Shown here: positions 13,760 through 24,814 of the stretch, piece by piece | How the letters are laid out: each line of letters begins with the position of its first letter | Numbering within the stretch: position 1 is the stretch's first letter | Assembly (NCBI GenBank): GCA_001179505.1 | Contig: CDMY01000492.1 | Span: forward strand, 1,753 to 65,752 | Source: Vitrella brassicaformis CCMP3155 | Taxonomy: Eukaryota > Protista > Chromerida | Length of the DNA: 64,000 nt | Direction: 5' to 3' | Notes under the pieces: generated by a model | The model's database searches: none | What the model saw: the letters and a program-made list of their open reading frames with translations, nothing else | What the model was told of the DNA's origin: nothing | Made by a program: the position numbers and the translations under genes

Positions 13760-14139
13760 AAGCCTTCGCCTTCCCCCATTCGTCACAGCGGCAGCAACAA
13801 CTGAGCGACACCATCAACGGCAGCGTGTCTCCATGGATGCGTGGGTGGGGGTTGTTCTGTCTGTCTGTCTGTCTGTCTGTATCCGCTTTTGTACGTGCGT
13901 AGGTGGGGGGGGGAATTGGGTGCTGTGTTGAAATAGGCTGTTTACAGCTGGATGGCAAATATGCTGTGTTGCTGGGGACACACGAGGGGACGACATACCA
14001 CGGCCTAGGTCTGTCTCTCATCTAGCTTTTACATGTGCGTGCGTGCCGCTGTGAATTGTCATGGCGGCTCAGCATTGCTCTCTGCCTACTCGTGTACGCG
14101 ATTCGCACACGATGGGTTACCGATATGTGAGCCTCTGTC

Positions 14140-16250
14140 AGATAGATCGTTACTTTAGTGTCGTAAAGGCAACACTCCAAGGGGACGGGATCGCACACTT
14201 GCTCGCTCTGGACTTGAGAAAGAGAGAGCTATCAGACTATTTGTAGCCTTCATGATGGCCCCACTCGCTGTGTGCAGTGTATTGGTCTGTATCTGCCTCC
14301 ATCTTTCGCCGTCACACACGTGTACATCTGCACAGCTGTCCACACGTGTGAATTCATTATATGTGCCATTGGATGGGTCGCACGCATTATTGCATCGTGT
14401 CCGATAAGGTCACACGGAGTTCGACACGGGGGCAGACAGAAGTTTTCTCTGCTACCTGCCTGCCTGCCTGCCTGCCTGCCTGACGACAGAGGGAAGGCGG
14501 CGGGGCGAGGGAGCCGTTCATTGCATATTATGCATGTCTTCGACTACGGCGGTAGTCAACTCCTGGGAATGAAAGGGCAGGTATGGATTGGATGAAGGTA
14601 CGGTCTATTGGATCATCTCGTCTCACCTGTGATGGACCTCTGCTCTCGCACAAAAAGATCTGACGCCATCTCACGTCGCTGTGCTTTTTGGGGCCCGAGA
14701 TTTGTTCGATATGATGGCGCCTTACTTGGGGCCCTTTCAGAGCGAGAAGTATTACAGACTCGCAGACTCGGTGAGGAGGACTGATTTCGCAAAGCAATGT
14801 CAGCTGAACAGCTTTTTTCATCCTGTGCACAGTACAAGAGCACCTGCCTTCATCTTTTTGTGATGAGCAGACATTTTGATTATCAAGTCACTCAGATGCT
14901 CTTGCAGCAGGGAGGTAGTAGCTCGCTCGGCTGCCAGAACTGGGTGAGAGAGGACACACGTAAAACCTTCAACTTAATGGGATCAGTCATCATCTTTGTG
15001 TCTTGCGCTCTGTGTAAATCAGGTCGGCATGACACCGATCCACCTGAAGTTTAATGCTCCACAGCTGCGAGCGAATGCAGGCTTGCTTTCTGGAGAATTT
15101 GCTGAAGGATCCAGAGTTGGACGACCTCCACAGCATCTTGATGGCTCAGAATCAGGTAAAGTCAGACCAGTTCACTCACTTGCTCAGATGCAGAACGTTC
15201 ATGGCCTTTCTCTCCTGCAGGATGGAGACACCATCTTCCATGTGGCTGTCTTGAGATAAGATCAAAAAGAAATGCTGGAATCGCTCTTTGAGGTGGCTTC
15301 CAAGATGTCTATCTCAAAGCAACTGGAGCTTTCGGTATGGAAAACAAAGTGAGCAGGTGCTTGATTTACGTGGACTTTTCTCTTTCCCTTATCTTCTTGT
15401 TGTCTGTAGGCCGGAAGACGATTCTTCAGATCGCCGGAAGACGATTCTTCAGATCGCCAGAGAGTCAGTCTTTCCTTTCAAGGTCATGGTCCTTCTGAAG
15501 CACATGGGAGACTTTTTTCGGACAAATCCCATCATTTTTTCAGACAAATCCCATCATTCAGCAGCTGCGCTCTTAGCATCGAGCAAGCTACTTCTCCAGT
15601 ACAGAGGGACAAGGTCCTGCAGAAGAAGCGGCCTTCGATTATCGACCAGCTGTACTTGCTGTCGCATCTGAGAAAGCTTGATCTGAGCGATGCAAAGCGA
15701 TGTGCGCTCACGAAGCACCATTTGAGCTCATCCTCCATGTGAGCAGAGCTTTTGCGACTCATAGAGTCCCATATCTATTTTCTTGCCCTGTAATTTTGAA
15801 GGAAATGGGTTCGAAGGCTGTGGCGGCTCTGGAAAAGTCGTATCGCGAGGCCTATTCGTTTGTCAAGACCGTTGAAGAGTCCATTGGCATTCCCTTCTCA
15901 GAGTACCCACTTGTCCTCTCACATTACGTATGCAATACGATGCGCATGCGACACATTATCCTCTCCATCCAATGCGAGTAACTTGCATACTGTCTCACTC
16001 CGCATCTGAATGGAAGCCGCGCAGGTTCGCCGAGGAAAAAGCACCTCTCGCATCATTCATCGCACCAGTGAGAAAGAAGACTTGCAACACTTCAGTTTTG
16101 GAATCAATCTCTGTCCCTTTGCCCTGCTGCAGATTCTCCAGTGTTTTCTCAGTCTGTCAATCTTGATGCAAGTCATCTTACACTGCAATGCAGTAAGAAA
16201 CCTCATTAATTGTACCTCGCGTCTCATACAGCCACTTCTTCTTGATTGTG
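14140..16250 (+). pseudogene. Degenerate ankyrin-repeat-like gene
   Basis: LTPSHVAVLFG, GMTPIHL and DGDTIFHVAVL resemble ankyrin G.TPLH.A; in-frame stops and frameshifting 22-23-bp duplications. Confidence 0.45.
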
Positions 16251-16254
16251 ACGA

Positions 16255-18740
16255 TACAGACACTCCAAGTCGACACGTGCACGCGCAGTCGACACGTGCA
16301 CGCGCAGGTGTGCGCATAGAGACATTCATCAGATACAGACACTCCAAGTCGACATGTGCATGCGCAGGTGTGCGCAAACAGACATTCATCAGATGCACCC
16401 ACTCCAAGTCCAAACGTGCATGCGCAGGTGTGCGCACACAGAGACATTCATCAGATGCACCCACTCCAAGTCGACACGTGCACGCGCAGGTGTGCGCACA
16501 CAGACATTCATCAGATGCACGCACTCCAAGTCGGCACGTGCGCGCAAGTGTGCGCACAGAGACATTCCTCAGATGCACCCACACCAAGTCGACACGTGCA
16601 TGCGCGGGTGTGCGCACAGAGACATTCATCAGATACAGACACTCCAAATCGACACGTGCACGCGCAGGTGCAGATACAGACGCTCCAAGTCGACACGTGC
16701 ATGCGCAGGTGTGCGCACACAGACATTCATCAGATGCACCCACTCCAGTGCATGCGCAGGTGTGCGCACACACACGCACTCCAAGCCGACACGTACATGC
16801 GCAGGTATGCGCACACAGACATTCATCATATACAGCACTCCAAGTCCACACGTGCATGCGCAGGTGTGCGCACACAGACATTCATCATATACACGCACTC
16901 CAAGTCCACACGTGCAAGTCCACACGTGCATGCGCAGGTGTGGGCACAGAGACATTCATCATATACACGCACCCCAAGTCCACACATGCATGCGCACGTG
17001 CATGCGCAGGGGTGCGCACTCCAAGTCCACATATGCATCCGCACGTGCGTGCGCAGGTGTGCGCACAGAGACCTTCGTCATTTGCACGCACTTCAAGTCC
17101 ACACATGCATGCGCACAGGTGTGCGCACACAGACATTCATCATATACACACACTCCAAGTCCACACGTGCATGCGCACGTGTATGCGCAGGTGTGCGCAC
17201 ACAGACATTCATCATATACACACACTCCAAGTAGTCCACACATACATGCGCACGTGCGCACAGAGACCTTCGTCATTTGCACGCACTCCAAGTCCACACA
17301 TGCATGCGCACGTGCATGAGCAGGTGTGCGCACACAGACATTCATCATATACACGCACTCCAAGTAGTCCACACGTGCATGCGCAGGTGTGCGCACACAG
17401 ACCTTCGTCATTTGCACGCACTCCACGTCCACACATGCATGCGCACGTGCGGAGGTGTGCGCACATAGACATTCATCATATACACGCACTCCAAGTCCAC
17501 ACGTGCATGCGCAGGTGTGCGCACAGAGATCTTCGTCATTTGCACGCACTCCACGTCCACACATGCATGCGCACGTGCGCAGGTGTGCGGACATAGACAT
17601 TCATCATATACACGCACTCCAAGCCCACACATGCATGCGCAGGTGTGCGCACAGAGACACTCATCATATGCACGCACTCCAAGTAGTCCACACGTGCATG
17701 CGCAGGTGTGCGCACAGAGACCTTCGTCATTTGCACGCACTCCAAGTCCACACATGCATGCGCACGTGCATGCGCAGGTGTGCACACACAGACATTCAGT
17801 ATGTGCACACACTCCAAGTCGACACGTGCATGCGCAGGTGTGCGAACACAGACATTCATCATATACACACACTCCAAATCAACACGTGCATGCGTAGGTT
17901 TGCGCACACAAACATTCATCATATACACACACTCCAAGTCGACACGTGCATGCGCAGGTGTGCGCACACAGACATTCGTCATATACATACACTCCAAGTC
18001 CAAACGTCCATGCGCATGTGTGCACACACAGACATTCAGTATGTGCACACAGTCCAAGTCGACATGTGCAGGCGCGAGTGTGCGCACACAGACATTCGTG
18101 TGCACATAGTCCAAGTCGACACGTGCATGCGCGGGTGTGCGCACAGAGACATTTGTCATATACACACACTCCAAGTCCAATCGTCTATGCGCAGGTGTGC
18201 ACACACAGACATTCAGTATGTGCACACAGTCCAAGTCGACACGTGCATGCGCAGGTGTGCGCATACAGACATTCAGTATGTGCACATAGTCCAAGTCGAC
18301 ACGTGCATGCGCGGGTGTGCTTACAGAGACATTCGTCATATACACACACTCCAAGTCCAAACGTCTATGCGCAGGTGTGCGCACACAGACATTCGTCATA
18401 TACATACACTCCAAGTCCAAACGTCCATGCGCATGTGTTCAGACACAGACATTCAGTATGTGCACACACTCCAAGTCGACACGTGCATGCGCAGGTGTGC
18501 GCACACAGACATTCATCATATACACACACTCCAAGTCCAAACGTCCATGCGCAACACCCGCGCACACAGACATTCAGTATGTGCACACAGTCCAAGTCGA
18601 CACGTGCATGCGCAGGTCTGCGCACACAGACAATCATCATATACACACACTGTGCGATTACAGACATTCATCAATACACACACTCCAAGAAGATACGTGC
18701 ATGCGCAGGTGTGCGCGCACAGACATTCATCATATACACA
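16255..18740 (+). repeat. 60-bp tandem satellite, array 2
   Basis: Same unit as array 1 with local variant blocks. Confidence 0.97.
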
Positions 18741-19417
18741 CCACTGCCGCAGACACAATCTCCTGTGCCTTGCCATTGCATCCGCAGATCAGCCAGGTCC
18801 AGGGGTCCTTGAGGGCCTGGTGCTCCTTGGAGGGACTGCGGGTGCTGGCTGGGCCACTCTCGGCACTCGCGCTGGGCGCGGGGATGAGGCTCCCCTCTGT
18901 CGATCCGGCCTCCCACAGCCCGGGGGCCTGGTCTTTCTCTGCCTCAGTCGTGGGCAGCAGCTGCTCCAATGACCTGGCCGTCATCAGACCTTGCAGCTTC
19001 ATGTGGAACGCCTCCCAGTCAGCCGGGTCACCCGAGAATTTGGGTACCTCCAGCTTGGCCATCTCCGTCGTGGACCTTGACTGCGTGCCGCCCGTCAGTC
19101 CGTTGTCCTTCAATGCAGTCGTCACAGCCGAGGCGATTTGCTGTGCCTGGGAGTTGTTGTTGCTGGTCATCACGTTGCTGAGGGCAGTGGCAACGGCCGA
19201 CCCTAGCGCATTGACGTCTATACCCGACGTCGTCATCGCGCCGCACCTCACTCACGAATCGCCACACTTCGCTGCGCTCATGTCAGATGCGGTGTGTGCG
19301 AGGTGAATGTCCGTTCACTGAGCCACATACACAGATGGCCATGTCCACACACACATAGTGACCACCGTGAATGTAGCATACAGTGTAACACAACGGCCGG
19401 CCAGGTAAGATCTGACA
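18739..19417 (-). mobile_element. 5' part (LTR plus gag start) of a second copy of the Ty1/Copia element, nested in the RNase H of the first
   Basis: Near-identical (few SNPs) to 23762-24680; abuts YADAS RNase H codons at 19418 and the satellite at 18740. Confidence 0.88.
19281..19417 (-). repeat. Copia LTR (137 bp)
   Basis: Bounded by the 8-bp terminal inverted repeat TGTCAGAT...ATCTGACA; matches 24476-24680. Confidence 0.8.
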
Positions 19418-20607
19418 CAGTCAGTGACGCATCGGCGTAGCCATCTAGTGAGAAAAGAATCATACGCATGTTACCCACATACATCGCCTCTCATTCTCCT
19501 CCAGAGAAAGTGATGCCTAGGTCCCGTGTTCCTTTAACATACCGCAGTACATGTCAACATGCATGCACATGCACCGGTGCGGGACCATCCAAGACACGAG
19601 ACAAGATAGAGCACGCATAGGCGAGGTCAGGCCGACACGTGGTGGCCGCGTATTGCAGGTGGCCAACCACTGATCGATACGGAAAATTGGCTATGCTGTC
19701 CACCTCAGCCGCCGAAAAGCTCTCACTACGCGCATTGAAGTCAGGGCCGATAGGCAGGGGGCAATCTGCCGGCCCACAGTCAGTCATGCCGAACTTGTCT
19801 ATCACAGCATCCATGTACTTGGTCAGATGTAGCGTGAGCTGCCTGCTCTCTCTGTCACGACTCACTGACACACCCAAAAACGTGCTGACATCACCCAGGT
19901 CTTCAATCACGACCTTCTCTCTCAGCATCTCTTTCAGCCACTCGTATCCTCCACTCACTGATGCAACAATCATATCACCTACATAGCGTGCGAGCAGAAC
20001 GCCGAGAGACGGCTGGTAGTACAGAGACGTCTCGTTACGGCACGAAAGGAAGCCTAATTGAGACAAATATGAATCGATATGCACATTCCATGCACGAGGA
20101 GCACCTGGCAGACCATACAGCGCTCGCAGCAGCTCCATCACAAATCCATCTACTTTGTATCCAGGAGGGAATTCACACCACACAGGCTCATCTAGAGGTG
20201 AGTAAAGAAAAGCTGTCTCCACATCCAGGTGCTTCAGTTCTAGGTCCATCGCATTAGCTGTGCTGGCCACCACATGGAATGCATCAAACTGCAGAGTGGG
20301 AGAGAAGGTGGGGCCTCTCTCCTCCACTGGCTACTCAAAGCCACGCACCACTATCCTAGCCTTGAACTTGTGAGCTCTGATCGCAAAAACCCACTTGATG
20401 GACAATACTCGCTTCCTGGCTGAGATACTCGCTTCCTGGCTGAGCTGCGAGTCACTGTCTTATACACATTCTTGTCGCGCACACTGTTCATCTCACGATC
20501 CATTGCTTCTTGCCATCTATGCTTCAGTGGACTACGCATTGCCTGTGCGTAAGACCTGGGCTCGCCCAGCAGCCGCGCAAGCGCCAAGTCACGTCTCAGA
20601 TCCTCAT
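19418..20607 (-). pseudogene. pol: Copia reverse transcriptase, decayed
   Basis: EPRSYAQAM..WQEAMDREM, KFKARIVVRGF, RT motifs with YVDD changed to YVGD, stops and a 20-bp frameshifting duplication. Confidence 0.9.
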
Positions 20608-20861
20608 CTATTCCAGTAGTCATGATTCACACACAGAAAACAGTGAGTGGATGCACACTCGTCTCACGCACATACAGCACATAACTCAAGGCACACACGC
20701 ACATCACACACAGATGCACACATGCCGATGCACACGTACACACACATGCACACGCACATGCACATCTACCCGTACTCACTCTCCGAGCCCTCTGTCTCCC
20801 CCTCTGTCTCCAAACGCACTCTCTCATGCTCGTCGATCTCCTCTCCTCTCAAGCTCGGCGT

Positions 20862-22532
20862 CTAGCCCAGCTTCTCCCTGACGAGTTCGTTGACCTTCTC
20901 TTGCCGCTCGCGCTGAGCCTGCTGCCTCCTGGCCAATGTGCTGCCGGTCAGTTGGGGTGTCCGCTTCTTGATGTACTCCTGCAGGGTGGGCAGCTCTTTC
21001 TGCACGTCTGCTCTGACGGCGTTGACCTGCCGCTGGCCGCAATTGGAGAAGTCGTAGCCCTCCTCGTCTCGCTTGGGTGGCTGCACCTTGCGCCGCAGAT
21101 TGTATCTGCCGCCCCCTCTGTCGCGCTGGTCTCCTTGTTGTTGTGGTTGCTGTACAGCTGGTGGTGGGGTTGGTGGGGGTGGTGGTGAGGATGATGGGCC
21201 GTCACGCTGTGGCTGGGTCTGCGGGATGGGCTGGGGTCGTGGGGTATTGTTGGTGTTGGTGGGTGCGGGGGGGGTCGGGGTGTTGTTGGCGTTGGTGGCA
21301 GGCGTGGGCATGGGGGAAGGTGGGGTCGTGGAGCTCGACAGCGACGGGACGCGGGTGTTGAACTGCAGACGCTCGTCACCCACACGCTCACACACCGTGT
21401 CACCTCCTCCCTCATGCCCGTGTTGCCCGTGTGTCCTCCCCGTCCCACTCTCGTCTACCCATGGGGCTGGTGTGGGGTTCATCATGCGCTCCTGTCGCTC
21501 CTTGAAGGGGAATCGGGTCTCGTCCACCGTCACCTCCGCAGTCTCGATCACCTTGTTCGTGTTGGGGTCGAGGACGCGGTAGGCGCCCTTCATGTTCGGA
21601 ACCACGCCCAGCATCACCATCACCTTGCTCTTGGGCTGCAATGCCGTCCGCTTCTCCTTCCTCTGGTGCACGAATGCCGCCGACCCGAAGAGGAACAGGC
21701 CTTTGATGCTCGATTTGGTGCCGTAGAGGGCGAAGTGGGGAGAGGTGATCTCGCCGTCGGGAAGCTGCACCGCCTTGGACACAACGATGTTGTGGATCTT
21801 GACGGCATATTCGAGCGCGTAGGGCCAGTAGGCGAGGGGCATGCCTGCGTCTGCGAGGATCGCCCTCACCATGCTCATGATGATGTCGATCCTTCTCTCC
21901 ACGACGCCGCCCTGGTGCCGCTTGTGTGGGGCGTCGAACTGCTGCCGGATGCGCCGCTCCCTGCAGTACTTGGCCAAGGCGCCGTACCGGAACTCCTTGG
22001 CGCCGTCGCTCCGCAGCGTCTTGATCTCACTCCTGACCTGCTCGTACTTGCTCACACACTCCGTGATCTTCTTGCGCGATGTGACAGTGAAGGCGGTGGT
22101 GTGGCGGGTCTTGTCATCCGTCAGCAGGAAGAAGCCCGTGTGGCCCTTGATCGACGTTGGCAGGGGCTTGTGGTCGAGGTGCACCAGGTCGAAAGGCTTC
22201 TCCGCTCTGGTGCCGGGGTCCTTGCACACATTCTTGAGGCGCATCTTGCCCGCCATGCACCAATCACACACGCCCTTGTCACCTGGTGGCTTGATCACGG
22301 GCATGTCCTCGACGAACTTCTGCGTCTTGGCCAGCTTGTCGTAGCTGACGTGGCAGCACAGCCTGTGCGTACGGATGGCCGCCTCCTTGGTCTTGTCGCT
22401 CGTGGCCGCCGTCAGCGGTGGGGCGGGTGGGTTTGCGGATGGGGGTGGGGCTTTTGCGGGTGAGGGTGGGATCGGTCCGGCGCACAGGTAGTACAGGTTG
22501 CCTTCCATGCGGAGAGCGATGGTGTGCTGCAC
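20862..22532 (-). CDS. pol: Copia integrase plus proline-rich linker
   Basis: 556-aa ORF with HHCC finger, DDE core, SH3-like FGSAAFVH..KSKVMVMLG..YRVLDP. Confidence 0.92.
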   Translation of the reverse strand: MQHTIALRMEGNLYYLCAGPIPPSPAKAPPPSANPPAPPLTAATSDKTKEAAIRTHRLCCHVSYDKLAKTQKFVEDMPVIKPPGDKGVCDWCMAGKMRLKNVCKDPGTRAEKPFDLVHLDHKPLPTSIKGHTGFFLLTDDKTRHTTAFTVTSRKKITECVSKYEQVRSEIKTLRSDGAKEFRYGALAKYCRERRIRQQFDAPHKRHQGGVVERRIDIIMSMVRAILADAGMPLAYWPYALEYAVKIHNIVVSKAVQLPDGEITSPHFALYGTKSSIKGLFLFGSAAFVHQRKEKRTALQPKSKVMVMLGVVPNMKGAYRVLDPNTNKVIETAEVTVDETRFPFKERQERMMNPTPAPWVDESGTGRTHGQHGHEGGGDTVCERVGDERLQFNTRVPSLSSSTTPPSPMPTPATNANNTPTPPAPTNTNNTPRPQPIPQTQPQRDGPSSSPPPPPTPPPAVQQPQQQGDQRDRGGGRYNLRRKVQPPKRDEEGYDFSNCGQRQVNAVRADVQKELPTLQEYIKKRTPQLTGSTLARRQQAQRERQEKVNELVREKLG

Positions 22533-22539
22533 TGAGCCC

Positions 22540-24431
22540 CTTGCAGAAACGATGAGTACCCATGCACTCGATCGAGGATACCCGCAGACAGCAGGTTGAC
22601 AGACAGGCCGGGTACGTAGAGCACGTTGCCGATCCGCACGGGAAGCTCACGGCCGTCCGTCTGCCGCACGAGCATCTGGATGGTGCCCACACCCTCCGCT
22701 GTGGTCGTCTGCCCCGTCACCGAGCGAATGCGGTACTTTGTGGTTGGCTCGATGTTGGTGAAGTACCTCTTGTCCCACACGCAGTGCCGCTCTGATGCGG
22801 AGTCGTGCATGATCCGCTGGTCCTTGACATTGGAGAGCGTGGCCGCCACACACGTCTCGACGATGATGTCCGTCTCGCTCTCGTTGTTGTCGACCATCTC
22901 CACCTTGGCATGCGACGCCATGCCGACGTCCTGGGTCTCCTCCACGATGTATGACGACTCGAAGAGGGGCGAGTCGTCGCACTCCCCAAACGCCACGTTG
23001 ACGTGGGTGCCGCCCCTTCTGCCACGGGAGCCCCCGCTGCCCCCTCTCGACGGCTGATAGCCGCCACGGCCGCCTCTGCCGCGATACCCTGGGGGAACCC
23101 AGCCGGTGGGCCACTGCACCCTCTCGCGCTCCTCGTCTGCTCTGAGGATGAAGCAGTGCCGCCAGCCGCCCTTGTGTGCCTTCTGGCAGTAGTCGCACTG
23201 CACGACGGCAAGGGGCTTGCCGTTGTCCGTCTGGCCGCCATTGGCTGTGAAGCCCCCTCTGCCGTTGCCCATCTTGCCGCCTCTGCCGCGGCTCACGCCC
23301 CTGTGGCCGCCTCTGCCTCTGCTGGTGCCCCTGCCTCTCCCGTTGTGCTGGTTGCCGCTCCACGACTTGACATTCGCCGTCATGGAGATGTTGCCGCCGT
23401 TCTCTCTGTTGTGGTCGTCGGCGTAGTTGATGAGCACCTGCTGGAACTCATCCCAGTTGCTGCCAGCCGATTGGCCGTGGAGGTACTTGATGAAGTCCTC
23501 CAGGGCCGTCTTCCGGATGGCCCGCTTCATGATGTCGATCTTGATGTGCTCGTTGATGTCCTGCCCGAGCGCCTTCGCCCGCGCGCACAGCTTGTTGAAG
23601 CGCGCCAGCTCGAGCTGCACGTCGATGCTGGTCATCTCGAAGTCGATCACGTCCTGCACCGACTTGCCCTTCATGGCCTTTCGGTCTGACGCATATGCCG
23701 ACGCCAGCCGATAGAAGAGCAACGCACCCTTGCCCTCCTTCTCCGTGTCGCCCTTCCATTCCACCACTGCCGCAGACACAATCTCCTGTGCCTTGCCATT
23801 GCATCCGCAGATCAGCCAGGTCCAGGGGTCCTTGAGGGCCTGGTGCTCCTTGGAGGGACTGCGGGTGCTGGCTGGGCCACTCTCGGCACTCGCGCTGGGC
23901 GTGGGGATGAGGCTCCCCTCTGTCGATCCGGCCTCCCACAGCCCGGGGGCCTGGTCTTTCTCTGCCTCAGTCGTGGGCAGCAGCTGCTCCAATGACCTGG
24001 CCGTCATCAGACCTTGCAGCTTCATGTGGAANNNNNNNNNNNNNNNNNNNNNNNNNNNNNNNNNNNNNNNNNNNNNNNNNNNNNNNNNNNNNNNNNNNNN
24101 NNNNNNNNNNNNNNNNNNNNNNNNNNNNNNNNNNNNNNNNNNNNNNNNNNNNNNNNNNNNNNNNNNNNNNNNNNNNNNNNNNNNNNNNNNNNNNNNNNNN
24201 NNNNNNNNNNNNNNNNNNNNNNNNNNNNNNNNNNNNNNNNNNNNNNNNNNNNNNNNNNNNNNNNNNNNNNNNNNNNNNNNNNNNNNNNNNNNNNNNNNNN
24301 NNNNNNNNNNNNNNNNNNNNNNNNNNNNNNNTTTGCTGTGCCTGGGAGTTGTTGTTGCTGGTCATCACGTTGCTGAGGGCAGTGGCAATGGCCGACCCTA
24401 GCGCATTGACGTCTATACCCGACGTCGTCAT
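22540..24431 (-). CDS. gag: Copia gag-protease (spans gap; frameshift near 22540)
   Basis: EVPKFSGDPADWEAFHMKLQGLM seen in the duplicate copy; RGG-rich region; zinc knuckle; VLYVPGLSVNLLS. Confidence 0.85.
24032..24331. other. Assembly gap (300 N); the paralog implies ~128 bp true size
   Basis: Flanks match 19001-19008 and 19137 onward in the duplicate copy. Confidence 0.9.
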
Positions 24432-24475
24432 CGCGCCGCACCTCACTCACGAATCGCCACACTTCGCTGCGCCCA

Positions 24476-24680
24476 TGTCAGATGCGGTGTGTGCGAGGTG
24501 AATGTCCGTTCAGTGAGCCACATACACAGATGGCCATGTCCACACACACATAGTGACCACCGTGAATGTAGGTGCGTACCTGAGCCACATACACAGATGG
24601 CCATGTCCACACACACACATAGTGACCACCGTGAATGTATCATACAGTGTAACACAACGGCCGGCCAGGTAAATCTGACA
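24476..24680 (-). repeat. Copia 5' LTR (205 bp, with internal tandem duplication)
   Basis: TGTCAGAT/ATCTGACA termini; the block GAGCCACATACACAGATGGCC...GTGAATGTA occurs twice. Confidence 0.8.
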
Positions 24681-24800
24681 CGCACCTGCGTATACACGCG
24701 TGGACTTAGAATGTGTGTATACGATGAATGCTTCCTGCGCATGCACGCTTGGACTTGGAGTGTGTGCATATGATGAATACCTCTGTGCGCGCAGCTGCGT
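24681..24800 (-). repeat. Two degenerate 60-bp satellite units, reverse orientation
   Basis: GGACTTGGAGTGTGTGCATATGATGAATA is the reverse complement of the satellite consensus. Confidence 0.85.
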
Positions 24801-24814
24801 ATGCATACACAGAG

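Larger units (their letters stand above)
19418..24680 (-). mobile_element. Ty1/Copia LTR retrotransposon, defective, 3' truncated
   Basis: Order gag (CCHC: CDYCQKAHKGGWRHC), protease (IMHDSASERH), integrase (HRLCCH..CDWC, HLD..LTDD..RSDGAKE..GVVERRI), RT (DVETAFL, ALYGL, YVGDM, RPDLAYA), RNase H start (LDGYADAS). Confidence 0.95.

Noticed and set aside
11433-18740. Satellite as a CRISPR-like array
   Set aside because: Units are contiguous with no unique spacers, no cas genes, and the context is eukaryotic
11285-18972. Many long His/Thr/Cys/Met-rich ORFs on both strands
   Set aside because: By-products of a stop-poor 60-bp repeat; open in several frames on both strands with no codon structure
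21073-23689. Long antisense ORFs over Copia (similar ones over CRE and Gypsy, e.g. 51304-52770)
   Set aside because: Shadow ORFs of GC-rich coding strands with no independent motifs
24455-24475. Copia PBS assignment (TGGGCGCAGCGAAG / TGAGCGCAGCGAAG)
   Set aside because: Position fits, but the two copies differ at the TGG and I cannot match a specific tRNA with confidence
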